Positions 17,303 through 26,630 of a stretch of DNA of 43,381 nt are shown here, piece after piece. Positions within the stretch are counted from its first letter, which is position 1, and each line of letters starts with the position of its first letter. The stretch spans positions 1 to 43,381 of the forward strand of contig DATJGF010000184.1 of NCBI GenBank assembly GCA_035495315.1, read 5' to 3'. The notes under the pieces are model-generated. The model worked only from the letters and a program-made list of their open reading frames with translations. It did no database searches and was not told the DNA's origin. The position numbers and the translations under genes are program-made. Source of the stretch: Candidatus Limnocylindrales bacterium (GTDB lineage: Bacteria; Verrucomicrobiota; Verrucomicrobiia; Limisphaerales; UBA8199).

Positions 17303-19294
17303 GTGATTAGCGACCTCCGAACGCGGGCGATTTCGGCGCGGGAATGGCCGTCTGGATTGGTATCTGCGGCAGCGGAGCAAGGCGTGCTGGCGGTTTTGGC
17401 GCCGGAGTACGATTCGGAGCCGATTGTGCGATCGGCGCAACGGCTGGCGAGCAGCCTTAACGCACCTTGGATTGTCCTGTATGTTGAACGAACACAGCGG
17501 CTGCACGATGCGAATCAATCGGTTGTGGCAAAAACGCTCGCGCTGGCGCGTGAACTTGGCGCGGAGGTGATCACAACGGCGGACGAGAATGTAGTAGCGG
17601 CGGTTCTCCGTGTCAGCGGGCAGCGAAATGTCACCCACATCGTTCTCGGGAAAGCAGCCGCGGGAACTGGTGCCAGGTGTGTGTGGCGTGATTCATTGGT
17701 TCCGAAGTTGGTGCGCCAAAGCGGCGCGACTGAGATTCACGTAGTTAGTGCAGGGGATGCCGTGCGCCAGGTGCCGGCGGGAACGGTGCAGCGGACTCTG
17801 CGATCGCCGGTGGAGTATTTTGAGGCGGCGGCAGTGATTGGGGTTGTGGCATTGGCAGCATTTCTTTTCACGCCACTGGTGGGCGCACATGCCACCGCTT
17901 TGATCTTTCTATTGACCGTCGTGGTGCTGGCTTTCTTCGTCGAACGCGGCCCTACGCTGATGGCGGCGACGATGAGCGCGCTGCTTTGGGATTACTTCTT
18001 TCTTCCTCCGATTTACCAGTTCCGAATCACGCATTTCGAGGACGCGATGTTATTCGCGATGTATTTTGTGGTCGCGTTGGTACTGGGGCAGCTCACGACG
18101 CGGATTCGCACCCAGCAAGAGGCTGAGCGTGAACGCGAAACCCGCGCGACGCTGTTATACCTGCTCACACGGGATTTAAACGAATCGTTGACTCTGGACC
18201 AGATGACCAAACGGATAGTGCAACAGCTGGGATCGTTTTTTGGGGGACGCGTTGGGATTTTTTTGCCGGCGAGCGGAGACGGGCTTACCAGTTGCCCCGG
18301 CAACACGCTGCAACCGGGCCAGGGAGAGCAGGATATTCCTCTTTGGGTGCTGACGCATCGACAGCGGGCAGGGAAGTTTACCAGCAACTCTGCTGGCGCT
18401 AAGGCTTTGTATATCCCATTGCTGACGAGCAGTGCTGCGGTTGGGGTGCTCGGATTAGAGGTGGAGCAACCTTTCGGACTCTCGATTCATCAGGAGAGTT
18501 TAGTGGAAGCCCTTTCCAAAGAGATTGCGATGGCCCTCGATCGGCGTCGGTTGCAGGGGATATCGCAAGAGGCCAAACTCCTGGCGGAATCGGAGCGGTT
18601 GAGCAAAACGCTGCTGGACTCGATGTCTCACGAAATCCGGACGCCGCTGGCAGCGATCAATAGTGCGACAGGGAACCTTGCCGAACTGCGGGAAGATGAT
18701 GCTAAGACGCGGCAGGCCATGATCGCGGAACTCCAGGAGGCAACCGCCCGGTTGAACCGTTTAGTCGGGAATGTGCTCGAGGCGAGCCGGTTGGAATCCG
18801 GGACCGTAAAACCCAGGTTCAATGAGTGTGACACCAAGGAACTGATCAACGTTACGCTGGTGGAAATGGAAAAAGAATTGAGCACGCACAAGATGTCAGT
18901 CACGATTGAACCCGGGTTACCGATGATCCCGATGGATTTTGTGCTGACGCAGCAGGCGCTGATTAACCTATTGTCGAATTCGGCCCTGCATTCACCCGCC
19001 GGCACGTTGATTGAAGTCGGGGCCAAATTGGACGGCGACGAGCTTGTGTTATCGGTGGCGGATCGAGGACCCGGCATTCCGCCTGATTCATTGGCTCGCA
19101 TTTTTGAAAAATTCTATCGCGTTCCCAACTCGAAAACTGGTGGGACTGGGCTGGGTTTATCGCTCGTCAAAGGGTTCATCGAAGCCCAGGGAGGACGAGT
19201 TACGGTTGCGAGCCGGGCGGGCGACGGAGTGCGCTTCGAGCTCCGCCTGCCGCGCCTCAATCCGATCCTAAATGGTGCCGACGCTAACGTATGA
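17303..19294 (+). CDS. kdpD: KdpD-like sensor histidine kinase lacking the N-terminal Kdp-sensing domain (Usp-like domain, DUF4118-type 3-TM region, GAF domain, HisKA, HATPase).
   Basis: The Usp-like N-terminus reads PWIVLYVER…VTHIVLG. A TM block follows. The H-box is MSHEIRTPLAAI, with N-, G1- and G2-boxes (…GGTGLGLSLVKGFIEAQGG). A GTG start at 17303 is preceded by an in-frame TAA at 17291. Confidence 0.8.
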   Translation: MISDLRTRAISAREWPSGLVSAAAEQGVLAVLAPEYDSEPIVRSAQRLASSLNAPWIVLYVERTQRLHDANQSVVAKTLALARELGAEVITTADENVVAAVLRVSGQRNVTHIVLGKAAAGTGARCVWRDSLVPKLVRQSGATEIHVVSAGDAVRQVPAGTVQRTLRSPVEYFEAAAVIGVVALAAFLFTPLVGAHATALIFLLTVVVLAFFVERGPTLMAATMSALLWDYFFLPPIYQFRITHFEDAMLFAMYFVVALVLGQLTTRIRTQQEAERERETRATLLYLLTRDLNESLTLDQMTKRIVQQLGSFFGGRVGIFLPASGDGLTSCPGNTLQPGQGEQDIPLWVLTHRQRAGKFTSNSAGAKALYIPLLTSSAAVGVLGLEVEQPFGLSIHQESLVEALSKEIAMALDRRRLQGISQEAKLLAESERLSKTLLDSMSHEIRTPLAAINSATGNLAELREDDAKTRQAMIAELQEATARLNRLVGNVLEASRLESGTVKPRFNECDTKELINVTLVEMEKELSTHKMSVTIEPGLPMIPMDFVLTQQALINLLSNSALHSPAGTLIEVGAKLDGDELVLSVADRGPGIPPDSLARIFEKFYRVPNSKTGGTGLGLSLVKGFIEAQGGRVTVASRAGDGVRFELRLPRLNPILNGADANV

Positions 19295-19992
19295 AGGCGA
19301 GATCCGAAGAGAACCCAATCGTGCTCATCGTTGAGGACGAGCCACAAATTCGGCGGTTGTTGCGGGTGTGCCTGGAAAGAAACGATTATCGCGTAGTCGA
19401 AGCGGCCAGCGGTGAGGAGGGGATTACTCGAGCCGTAGAACATCAACCGCAGCTGATTCTCCTCGATCTCGGCTTACCCGACATTGACGGCATCATGGTC
19501 CTCAAGCGCATACGGGAATGGAGTGAAGTCCCGATTCTGGTGGTAACGGTGCGCAATCGTGAAGATGAAAAGATCCGGGCGCTCGACAGTGGCGCCAATG
19601 ATTACATCACGAAACCATTCAGCACAGGTGAATTGCTGGCCCGCTTACGGGTCGCGCGCCGCTCGATGCGGCAACCGCCGAATCAAACGACTTTCAATTC
19701 CGGGGAGCTCGAGGTGGATTTGGCTGGACGGACGGTGAAAGTCAAAGGCGAGCCGGTGCGTCTAACCGCGACCGAGTACTCGCTGCTGCATTTGTTCGTC
19801 CAGCACGCCGGGAAAGTGCTGACCCATCGCCAGCTCTTGCGAGAAATCTGGGGCTCGGAGGAAGAGCACAAGACCGGACCGCTGCGAGTATACATGGGTT
19901 ACCTGCGGGAAAAGCTGGAACAGGACCCGGCCAGGCCGAAATTGCTGCTCACCGAGCCTGGCATTGGGTATCGCCTGGCGCTTTTGGATTGA
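19291..19992 (+). CDS. kdpE: KdpE-like OmpR-family response regulator.
   Basis: The receiver region reads IVLIVEDEP…LILLDLGLPD…ITKPF. The winged-helix C-terminus reads TEYSLLHLFVQHAGKVLTHRQLLREIWG. There is an ATGA overlap with the kinase gene. Confidence 0.85.
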   Translation: MKARSEENPIVLIVEDEPQIRRLLRVCLERNDYRVVEAASGEEGITRAVEHQPQLILLDLGLPDIDGIMVLKRIREWSEVPILVVTVRNREDEKIRALDSGANDYITKPFSTGELLARLRVARRSMRQPPNQTTFNSGELEVDLAGRTVKVKGEPVRLTATEYSLLHLFVQHAGKVLTHRQLLREIWGSEEEHKTGPLRVYMGYLREKLEQDPARPKLLLTEPGIGYRLALLD

Positions 19993-20096
19993 ATGGCTGG
20001 GCGAAGGGATGGCTTTAACAGATTTCTAACAATGGTTGCAAGAGAGAGAAGGATCTTTAACAGAAGGAAACTAAGATAACGAAGAGGGTGGAGGAT

Positions 20097-20125
20097 TTCA
20101 GAAAAGTGGCTCCTCTCTCCAGCCC
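20097..20125. repeat. Diverged copy B of the dispersed repeat (TTCAGAAAAGTGGCTCCTCTCTCC).
   Basis: It is similar to 23404-23430 and lies about 105 nt downstream of kdpE. Confidence 0.35.
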
Positions 20126-20177
20126 TTCTGAGAAATTACGTTGCAAGTTCCTGATTACGGGAGACAGACTAAGGAAC

Positions 20178-20203
20178 CCCTCTCCCCTCAGAAGGGGAGA
20201 GGG
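20178..20203. repeat. Polypyrimidine/polypurine hairpin CCCTCTCCCC-TCAGAA-GGGGAGAGGG. It is followed by the palindrome CCGATCGG.
   Basis: It has a 10-bp perfect stem and belongs to the same motif family as the hairpin at 12512-12545. Confidence 0.45.
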
Positions 20204-20323
20204 AGACCGATCGGCAAACAAATTCATTAGGCCGTTGCATGGGGTCACAAGCAATCTTTTTGACTGCGCAGCAAGTTTCTTTCATGACCCATGGACGGCA
20301 CAGTAGAGGTGGGTCGTTTGATT

Positions 20324-20373
20324 GGGGCCTCGCGGAGCTGCCCTCCGATTTTTGGGGGCTCACGGAGCTTGGG
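20324..20373 (+). promoter_or_regulatory. Tandem direct repeats GGGGC(C)TC(G/A)CGGAGCT(T/G)G, repeated twice. They lie about 150-190 bp upstream of the candidate sigma-54 promoter, so they could be an enhancer/upstream activator site.
   Basis: Bases 20324-20340 read ggggcctcgcggagctg and 20354-20373 read gggggctcacggagcttggg. Confidence 0.3.
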
Positions 20374-20513
20374 CTTTCGACGGGCGTGACGTTTAATAAC
20401 TGACCACGGTGGGCAAATCGGCACAGTGGTTGGATCGATTAGGTTATGCTGGTGCGACAGGTATCCCCGCGAATTTACGGGAGATTTTTCGTGTAAGAAA
20501 GTTGTAAGAAACT

Positions 20514-20529
20514 TGGCATTTCGTCTGCT
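20514..20529 (+). promoter_or_regulatory. Candidate sigma-54 (-24/-12) promoter for glnK-amtB: TGGCAT-N6-TGCT.
   Basis: The sequence cTTGGCATttcgtCTGCTa has GG at 20515-16 and GC at 20527-28, with the canonical 10-nt spacing. It ends about 60 nt upstream of the glnK ATG. Confidence 0.4.
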
Positions 20530-20573
20530 AAACCCGTCCCATGATCCGCAACCAGCACAGGTCCATTCGGTAA

Positions 20574-20927
<354 letters not shown>

Positions 20928-20965
20928 ATTTAACACAAGCATAAAAACCACAATCCACTGAGCAA

Positions 20966-22498
20966 ATGAAAAGACTACTGTTTACCCTTGGCTTAAGCGC
21001 GCTGGTGAGTGCCAGCGCGTTCCGAACCCTGGCCGCCGATGCCGCCCCGCCGAAACCTTCGGTGGAGGATCGCCTCGCCGATCTGGAGGCCTACGTCAGC
21101 AATGGCGCCCGCCAGACCAACGCGGCGACGGCGCTGGCGACCACACCTGGCCCAGGACATAACGCCTGGCAAATGACCTCATCTGCACTGGTGCTATTCA
21201 TGACTTTGCCAGGCCTGGCACTCTTCTACGGCGGGTTGGTGCGCCGCAAGAATGTGCTTTCGGTGCTCGCGCAATGCCTCGGCATCACCGGGTTGGTCAC
21301 TATTCTCTGGTGGATATGCGGCTACAGCATCGCGTTTCACAGCGGTTCATCCTTCTTCGGTGGCCTCCAGTGGAGTTTTCTCAACGGGGTTGATTCGACA
21401 CCCAATACCGATTACGGCGGCTGGGTATCACACAATGTTTTTGCGATGTACCAGTTAATGTTTGCGATTATCACCCCGGCGCTGATCGTCGGTGCGATCG
21501 CCGAGCGGATGAAGTTTTCCGCGATTCTGGCTTTCATGACCCTGTGGATGTTTGTCGTGTATTTTCCGTTGGCACACATGGTTTGGGGAGTGGACGGCTT
21601 AATGAATGGTGTATGGAACGCGGCGGCCAAAATCAAAGCGATCGATTTTGCCGGCGGCACGGTAGTGCATATGTCTTCCGGCTGGTCGGCGTTGATTCTC
21701 TGTTTGATCCTGGGCAAACGCTTCGGCTTCGGCAAGGAGCCGATGCCTCCGCACAACATGGTGATGTGCATGATCGGGACCGGTATGTTGTGGGTAGGAT
21801 GGTATGGATTTAACGCGGGCAGCGCGGTGGCCGCGGACGTCATCGCGGCGAATGCCTTCACGACCACGACACTAGCGACCGCCGTTGCGTCGTTTGTATG
21901 GCCAATGGCCGAATGGATGCTGAAAGGCAAGCCGAGTGTGCTGGGCTTTTGTTCGGGTGCAGTGGCAGGACTGGTCGTGATCACGCCGGCGTGCGGGTTT
22001 GTGACTGCGAATGGCGCGGTCATCATCGGCATCGCGGCGGGTATCGTGCCCTTCTTCTTCTGCTACAAAGTGAAATCCTGGTTTGGTTATGATGATGCGC
22101 TGGACACCTTTGGCGTGCATGCGGTGGGTGGGACGATGGGGGCATTTCTGACGGGTGTCCTGGCTCGGAATGTCGCTAATGCCAATTTAGCCACCAACCT
22201 CAAGGATTACGTCAAAGACGGTGGGTTTCAGCCGTTGGTTCTGGAGCAACTCAAGGCTATTGGTCTGACCCTAGCCCTGGCGGTTATCGGCACCACCGTT
22301 ATTGCCTTTGCAGTTAAGGCGGTACTGGGACTGCGTCCGAGCGAAGAAGTCGAAACTGGCGGGTTGGATTTGGCGGAGCACGGCGAGGAAGGCTACCACT
22401 CCGACGTATTCAGTGGCCGGCCTGGATTCGCAGCACACACCGCGATGCCGGCAACTCTCAAGGTTCCGGCCATGGGCGAGAAGGCGGTGACAACTTAA
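20966..22498 (+). CDS. amtB: Ammonium transporter AmtB.
   Basis: A signal peptide is followed by 11 TM segments. Amt signatures …DFAGGTVVHMSSGWSALILCLILGKR… and …GVHAVGGTMGAFLTGV… are present. Confidence 0.95.
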   Translation: MKRLLFTLGLSALVSASAFRTLAADAAPPKPSVEDRLADLEAYVSNGARQTNAATALATTPGPGHNAWQMTSSALVLFMTLPGLALFYGGLVRRKNVLSVLAQCLGITGLVTILWWICGYSIAFHSGSSFFGGLQWSFLNGVDSTPNTDYGGWVSHNVFAMYQLMFAIITPALIVGAIAERMKFSAILAFMTLWMFVVYFPLAHMVWGVDGLMNGVWNAAAKIKAIDFAGGTVVHMSSGWSALILCLILGKRFGFGKEPMPPHNMVMCMIGTGMLWVGWYGFNAGSAVAADVIAANAFTTTTLATAVASFVWPMAEWMLKGKPSVLGFCSGAVAGLVVITPACGFVTANGAVIIGIAAGIVPFFFCYKVKSWFGYDDALDTFGVHAVGGTMGAFLTGVLARNVANANLATNLKDYVKDGGFQPLVLEQLKAIGLTLALAVIGTTVIAFAVKAVLGLRPSEEVETGGLDLAEHGEEGYHSDVFSGRPGFAAHTAMPATLKVPAMGEKAVTT

Positions 22499-22553
22499 GC
22501 TGCGCGACGCAAACCGCTCACGCATAGTCACGAGCACGTTCAACCGCTGACCC

Positions 22554-23387
22554 ATGAAACGAATCCCGTGCGTTGACTGCGGAGTAGCTGCGGAGGAGGT
22601 CATAGCGCTCAAGATCTTGAGTCGAGCGACTGACCCCTCCGCGGACTTGGAGTCTCAAATGAACCTTCATGCTGTTAGACCTGAAGCCGCATGCGGCAAA
22701 GTTGCCGCACCGAAGGGGACCGTCGTGACCATCGGACCCGATGCTGAAGCACGACATCTCCTGCGGGTTGGTTTGGAGCGGCAGGGGTTCATTGTACGGG
22801 AAGCCGCCACCGGGAGCGAAGGGGTAGAGGCCGCGAGGCTCTACTGCGCTGGCGCGGTTCTGCTGGACATGGCGGTGGCGGGTCCGGGCGGCCTCGAGGT
22901 GATCCACCGCCTTCGCGAATGGAGTCAGCTCCCAATTCTGGTGCTGTCGGGGAAAGCGGCAGCCTCGGAGGCAGTTAGCGTACTTGATCAAGGCGCTAAC
23001 GACTACATCGCCAAGCCCTTCATTATAGAAGAGCTTTCAGCACGCCTGCGTGCAGCACAACGATTCGCCCCGCCTTCACCGCCTGAGATCTTTAAATCCG
23101 GCAGCCTGACTGTGGATTTGACGAACCGGACGGTGCAGGTGGGGAATAGTTCCGTGAATCTGTCGGTAACAGAATACTCGCTGCTTCATCTGTTGGTGCG
23201 TCACGCCGGCAAGGTGCTGACGCACGCGCAGATTCTTTCGGAGGTCTGGGGTGCGGAGATGCGCAATAGAGTAAATTATCTGCGAGTGTATCTACGGTTT
23301 TTGCGCAAAAAACTGGAGAATCCATTTGAGCCCAGTTTGTTCATTACTCAACGGGCAGTAGGCTATGGTATCGCCATCAGGGAATAA
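22554..23387 (+). CDS. Second KdpE-like OmpR-family response regulator. It is a paralog of the 19291-19992 gene, with an N-terminal extension and an atypical acidic pocket (TVVTIGPDAEA in place of IVLIVEDEP).
   Basis: Phospho-acceptor Asp (VLLDMA), Ser/Thr (LVLSGK) and Lys (IAKPF) are conserved. The winged helix TEYSLLHLLVRHAGKVLTHAQILSEVWG is nearly identical to that of the KdpE paralog. An alternative start MNLHAV lies at 22659. Confidence 0.8.
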   Translation: MKRIPCVDCGVAAEEVIALKILSRATDPSADLESQMNLHAVRPEAACGKVAAPKGTVVTIGPDAEARHLLRVGLERQGFIVREAATGSEGVEAARLYCAGAVLLDMAVAGPGGLEVIHRLREWSQLPILVLSGKAAASEAVSVLDQGANDYIAKPFIIEELSARLRAAQRFAPPSPPEIFKSGSLTVDLTNRTVQVGNSSVNLSVTEYSLLHLLVRHAGKVLTHAQILSEVWGAEMRNRVNYLRVYLRFLRKKLENPFEPSLFITQRAVGYGIAIRE

Positions 23388-23396
23388 CAGCACGAT

Positions 23397-23437
23397 AGAT
23401 CAGTTTCAGAAAAAGTGTAGCCTCCTCTCCATGAACC
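23397..23437. repeat. Copy C of the dispersed repeat of about 40 bp.
   Basis: agatcagtttcagaaaaagtgtagcctcctctccatgaacc nearly matches 12458-12494. It starts 10 nt after the response-regulator stop and ends 67 nt before the IS left inverted repeat. Confidence 0.6.
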
Positions 23438-23549
23438 TGTAGGATTCTTCTCATTCTCATCGTGGTTGTTATCGACGAGGACGAGGAGGACGAGCGAAAT
23501 GTCTGAGGTTGCCTCGATTTGACGGACAGAGAATCGGACAAAATCGTGT

Positions 23550-23900
23550 ATGATCAAGTCCATCAAAACAACATCTGTCCAGAACCGTCGGAAATTCGAC
23601 CAAACCTTCAAACGGGAAGCGGTCCAGAACTGGCTCAACAGCGGCAAGTCCGCTCAAGTGGTTGGGGAGGAGTTGGGCATCAATTCCAACCTCCTTTACG
23701 CCTGGAGAAAGCTGGTTCCCGCCGGCACTGGGGGGAGAGCGCCGGCGGCCAAGCCAGGCTCAGTGGCCGATCTGCAAAGTCAATTGGAGGCCGCCCATCG
23801 TGAACTGCGTCACACGCGCGAGCAGGTCACCATTTTAAAAAAAACATTGGGCATTCTCTCCGAACCGTCCTCGAACGATATGAACGGATCGACGCGATGA
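23550..23900 (+). CDS. IS3-family transposase OrfA (HTH plus leucine-zipper DNA-binding part).
   Basis: It begins MIKSIKTT…RKFDQTFKREAVQNW…LYAWRK, which is typical of IS3 OrfA. The protein is 116 aa. Confidence 0.9.
   Translation: MIKSIKTTSVQNRRKFDQTFKREAVQNWLNSGKSAQVVGEELGINSNLLYAWRKLVPAGTGGRAPAAKPGSVADLQSQLEAAHRELRHTREQVTILKKTLGILSEPSSNDMNGSTR
23837..23843 (+). other. Programmed -1 ribosomal frameshift slippery heptamer A_AAA_AAA, lying within a run of 8 A residues.
   Basis: The orfA codons TTA AAA AAA ACA at 23835-23846 place A_AAA_AAA in the zero frame. orfB is in the -1 frame, which is the classic IS3 arrangement. Confidence 0.75.
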
Positions 23901-24739
23901 AAACCGAGCATGCCATCCTGAGGCTCTGCCAGGAGTTGGACGTCTCGGCCAGTGGTTACTATGACTGGCAATCGCGGTGCAGTTGCCCGGGTCTCCGGGC
24001 CCTCCAAGATCAAGCCCTAAAGCAGGAGATCCAATCCATTCACACCGGCAGCCGCCAGACCTACGGCAGCCCGCGCATCGTCATGGAGTTGCGCAAAAGC
24101 GGAGCTCGTCATGGACGCAACCGGGTTGCCCGGCTCATGAAGCAGGAGGGCTTGTGCGGACGCCAGAAGGGGCGCTTCCGCGTTCAGACCACCGACAGCA
24201 ATCATGACCAGCCCATCGCCCCCAATCGGCTGGCCGAGGCTCCCAAGGCGAGCGCGCCCAATCAGATTTGGGTCGCTGATATTACCTACATTCAAACCGG
24301 GGAGAACTGGCTTTACGTGGCCGCCATCATGGACCTCTACAGCCGAAAAATCGTCGGCTGGGCCATGGCAGAACGCATCGACACGGCTCTTATTCTAAAA
24401 GCTCTTTTCATGGCCTTGCTGCATCGGCAGCCCCCGGCCAGCTTGCTCTTCCACTCCGATCGCGGTGTTCAGTACGCCTCCGCTGATTACCGAAGCGCCC
24501 TGACCCAGGCCGGCCTGGTCGCCTCCATGAGTCGCAAAGGCAACTGCTACGACAACGCAGCCATGGAAAGCTTCTGGAGCACCCTCAAACTTGAACTGGT
24601 CTACCGGCGCGACTTCCAAACCCGCGCCCACGCCCAAACCGAGATCTTCGATTACATCGAAGTCTTCTACAATCGCCAACGCTCCCATAGCGCTCTGAAC
24701 TACCTTTCGCCCGTTGACTTCGAACTCCAAAACAACTAA
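23897..24739 (+). CDS. IS3-family transposase OrfB (DDE integrase-core rve domain). It is in the -1 frame relative to orfA and is expected to be expressed as an OrfAB fusion by frameshifting.
   Basis: rve motifs are present: IWVADITYI (D), HSDRGVQY (D) and DNAAMESFWSTLKLE (E). The reading frame is open well upstream of 23897, in the -1 frame relative to orfA. Confidence 0.9.
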   Translation: MKTEHAILRLCQELDVSASGYYDWQSRCSCPGLRALQDQALKQEIQSIHTGSRQTYGSPRIVMELRKSGARHGRNRVARLMKQEGLCGRQKGRFRVQTTDSNHDQPIAPNRLAEAPKASAPNQIWVADITYIQTGENWLYVAAIMDLYSRKIVGWAMAERIDTALILKALFMALLHRQPPASLLFHSDRGVQYASADYRSALTQAGLVASMSRKGNCYDNAAMESFWSTLKLELVYRRDFQTRAHAQTEIFDYIEVFYNRQRSHSALNYLSPVDFELQNN

Positions 24740-25319
24740 CTAAGTGACCCGCTTTCTTTGTCCGTTTTATCGAAGCAATCCCAGTCGGGGGTCAGGCCCA
24801 AGTTGCTAAAATATTTCACGTTGATGAGTCGCTTGTGTCACGCGCAGTGAAGGTTTGTCGGCAATTTTTACAAAATCTTCAGTTCTCTAAACACAAATAG
24901 TGGTTCATCTGCTAACTCTGTTCTTTTAACCCACTCACCCGTCAATACAACCCTATCTTGATATTTTGGCGTGACCCCAGAGTATGCCGCATTCGCCTCG
25001 CAAGGGATTCGCTTAGTCGAAGAGCTTTTGATCCAAAACGAAAGCCGCGGGCTACCTGAAACTGGACTAGCGATGCTCCCGATAAGTATTGTGGTGGTGC
25101 CCATAGGGCGTCTCCGGTTTTTAACGGAGTATTGCGCGCCGCTTAAGGCAGGGCAAGCGATTCGAGGGCACGACGGGTAGAGACAAGGCCAAAATCGTCC
25201 CGCGTCATTTTTAGAGGCGGTTGCCAACGGTTACCAGAAATGCCCGGTTTCCATCCAATTGCCAGCCATTGAGACCGATTCAATGAGAAGCCTAAATGTG
25301 CGGGCCTCTCAAGCCGGTT

Positions 25320-26552
25320 CTAAACTAAGCCCGCGCTCATTGCCTGACCGGCCAGCCAACCGGTCGTCCAGGCAGCCTGGAAATTAAATCCACCCGTAAG
25401 ACCATCGATGTCGAGCAGTTCTCCCCCCAGATACAGCCCCGGGCAGATTCGGCTCTCCATGGTCCGGAAATTAATCTCATTCAAGCGCACGCCGCCGCAG
25501 GTGACGAACTCGTCCTGATTGAGAGTCTTTCCAACAACCTGCAGTTCGGTGGACTGAAGCTGTTGGACAAGGCGGTGACGGGCGGAGTGCGAAAGGCCGG
25601 CCCACCGGGTGTCGCGCGCGATCCCGGCCGCCAGAACGAGGTTATGCCACAACCGCGCGGCCAGCGGTGGCACTGAACTATTCACGACCAGGCGTGAGGG
25701 CTGAGCTTCGCGAAAGCCTTCAAGTTGCCGAGCGAGCGTTCGGGCGTCCAGATGGGGCAGCCAGTTGAGGCCAAGCGGGACCTGGTAATTCTGATCGTGA
25801 AGGGCGCGCGCGCACCAGGCAGAAAGCCGAAGAATGGCTGGCCCACTTAGGCCCGAGTGCGTGATAAGCACTGCGCCAAGCTCCCGCTTACCCAGACCGG
25901 GCAACGACACTTCCGCTTCCGGCACACTGATTCCGGCCAATTCACGAAGCCAGGGCGCAGCGATATGAAAGGTGAATAGCGAGGGAACCGGCGGCTCCAG
26001 GCTATGGCCTAGGGTGACAGCCAGTTGACCAGCAGCTGGGACGCGACATCCGCCGGTGGCCAGCATCAGACGTTCGCAACAGAATGTTCCACCGTCAGCG
26101 AATCCCAACTCGAAGCTCCCTTGGGCAAAGCGCGCCACGCGTTGGGGCGCGCGGTTTGCCGCCAGCTCAATGCCCGCGATCCTGGCCGCGTTCAGCAGGC
26201 AATCGATTATCGTCTTCGACGAGTCGGTTACTGGGAAAATGCGGCCATCGGCTTCAGTTTTGAGTTTCACCCCGCGAGATTCGAACCAGGCGATCGTGTC
26301 TCGCGGTTGGAAAGTGTGAAACGGACCAACCAAAGCCGGCCCGCCGCGGGGATAGTGGCCGCTCAGGTCGCGAGGCTCGAAGCAAGCATGAGTGACGTTG
26401 CAACGGCCGCCGCCGGAAATACGAACCTTGGAAAGGAATTGGGGGGTTTTTTCGAACAACGTGATGCGCGCTTGCGGTGCGGCTTCGGCGCAAGCGATGG
26501 CGGCAAAAAACCCAGCCGCACCACCTCCCACAATTGCGATACGCCCGCTCAT
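25320..26552 (-). CDS. NAD(P)/FAD-binding flavoprotein of the HI0933/BaiN (aminoacetone-oxidase-like) family.
   Basis: The N-terminus IAIVGGGAAGFFAAI is a Rossmann motif (GxGxxG). Length and motifs resemble HI0933-like proteins. Confidence 0.8.
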   Translation of the reverse strand: MSGRIAIVGGGAAGFFAAIACAEAAPQARITLFEKTPQFLSKVRISGGGRCNVTHACFEPRDLSGHYPRGGPALVGPFHTFQPRDTIAWFESRGVKLKTEADGRIFPVTDSSKTIIDCLLNAARIAGIELAANRAPQRVARFAQGSFELGFADGGTFCCERLMLATGGCRVPAAGQLAVTLGHSLEPPVPSLFTFHIAAPWLRELAGISVPEAEVSLPGLGKRELGAVLITHSGLSGPAILRLSAWCARALHDQNYQVPLGLNWLPHLDARTLARQLEGFREAQPSRLVVNSSVPPLAARLWHNLVLAAGIARDTRWAGLSHSARHRLVQQLQSTELQVVGKTLNQDEFVTCGGVRLNEINFRTMESRICPGLYLGGELLDIDGLTGGFNFQAAWTTGWLAGQAMSAGLV

Positions 26553-26630
26553 GGGAAAAGCCTAAGAACTTACGGGCGCAGGCTAAAGGGCTAAAGCAGA
26601 GGGAAGGGCATTGTTCGGGAAATTCATATC

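Larger units (their letters stand above)
23504..24783 (+). mobile_element. Complete IS3-family insertion sequence of 1280 bp, with orfA/orfB, a -1 frameshift site, imperfect terminal inverted repeats that start with TG and end with CA, and a 3-bp GTC target-site duplication.
   Basis: The left inverted repeat is 23504-23539 (TGAGGTTGCCTCGATTTGACGGACAGAGAATCGGAC). The right inverted repeat is 24748-24783, whose reverse complement is TGGGATTGCTTCGATAAAACGGACAAAGAAAGCGGG. They match at about 24 of 36 positions. The flanking bases 23501-03 and 24784-86 are both GTC. Confidence 0.9.

Noticed and set aside
24868-25227. A 119-aa minus-strand ORF in the lower-GC region after the IS.
   Set aside because: It has no start-site support and no motifs. 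The region looks like a non-coding insertion-target remnant.
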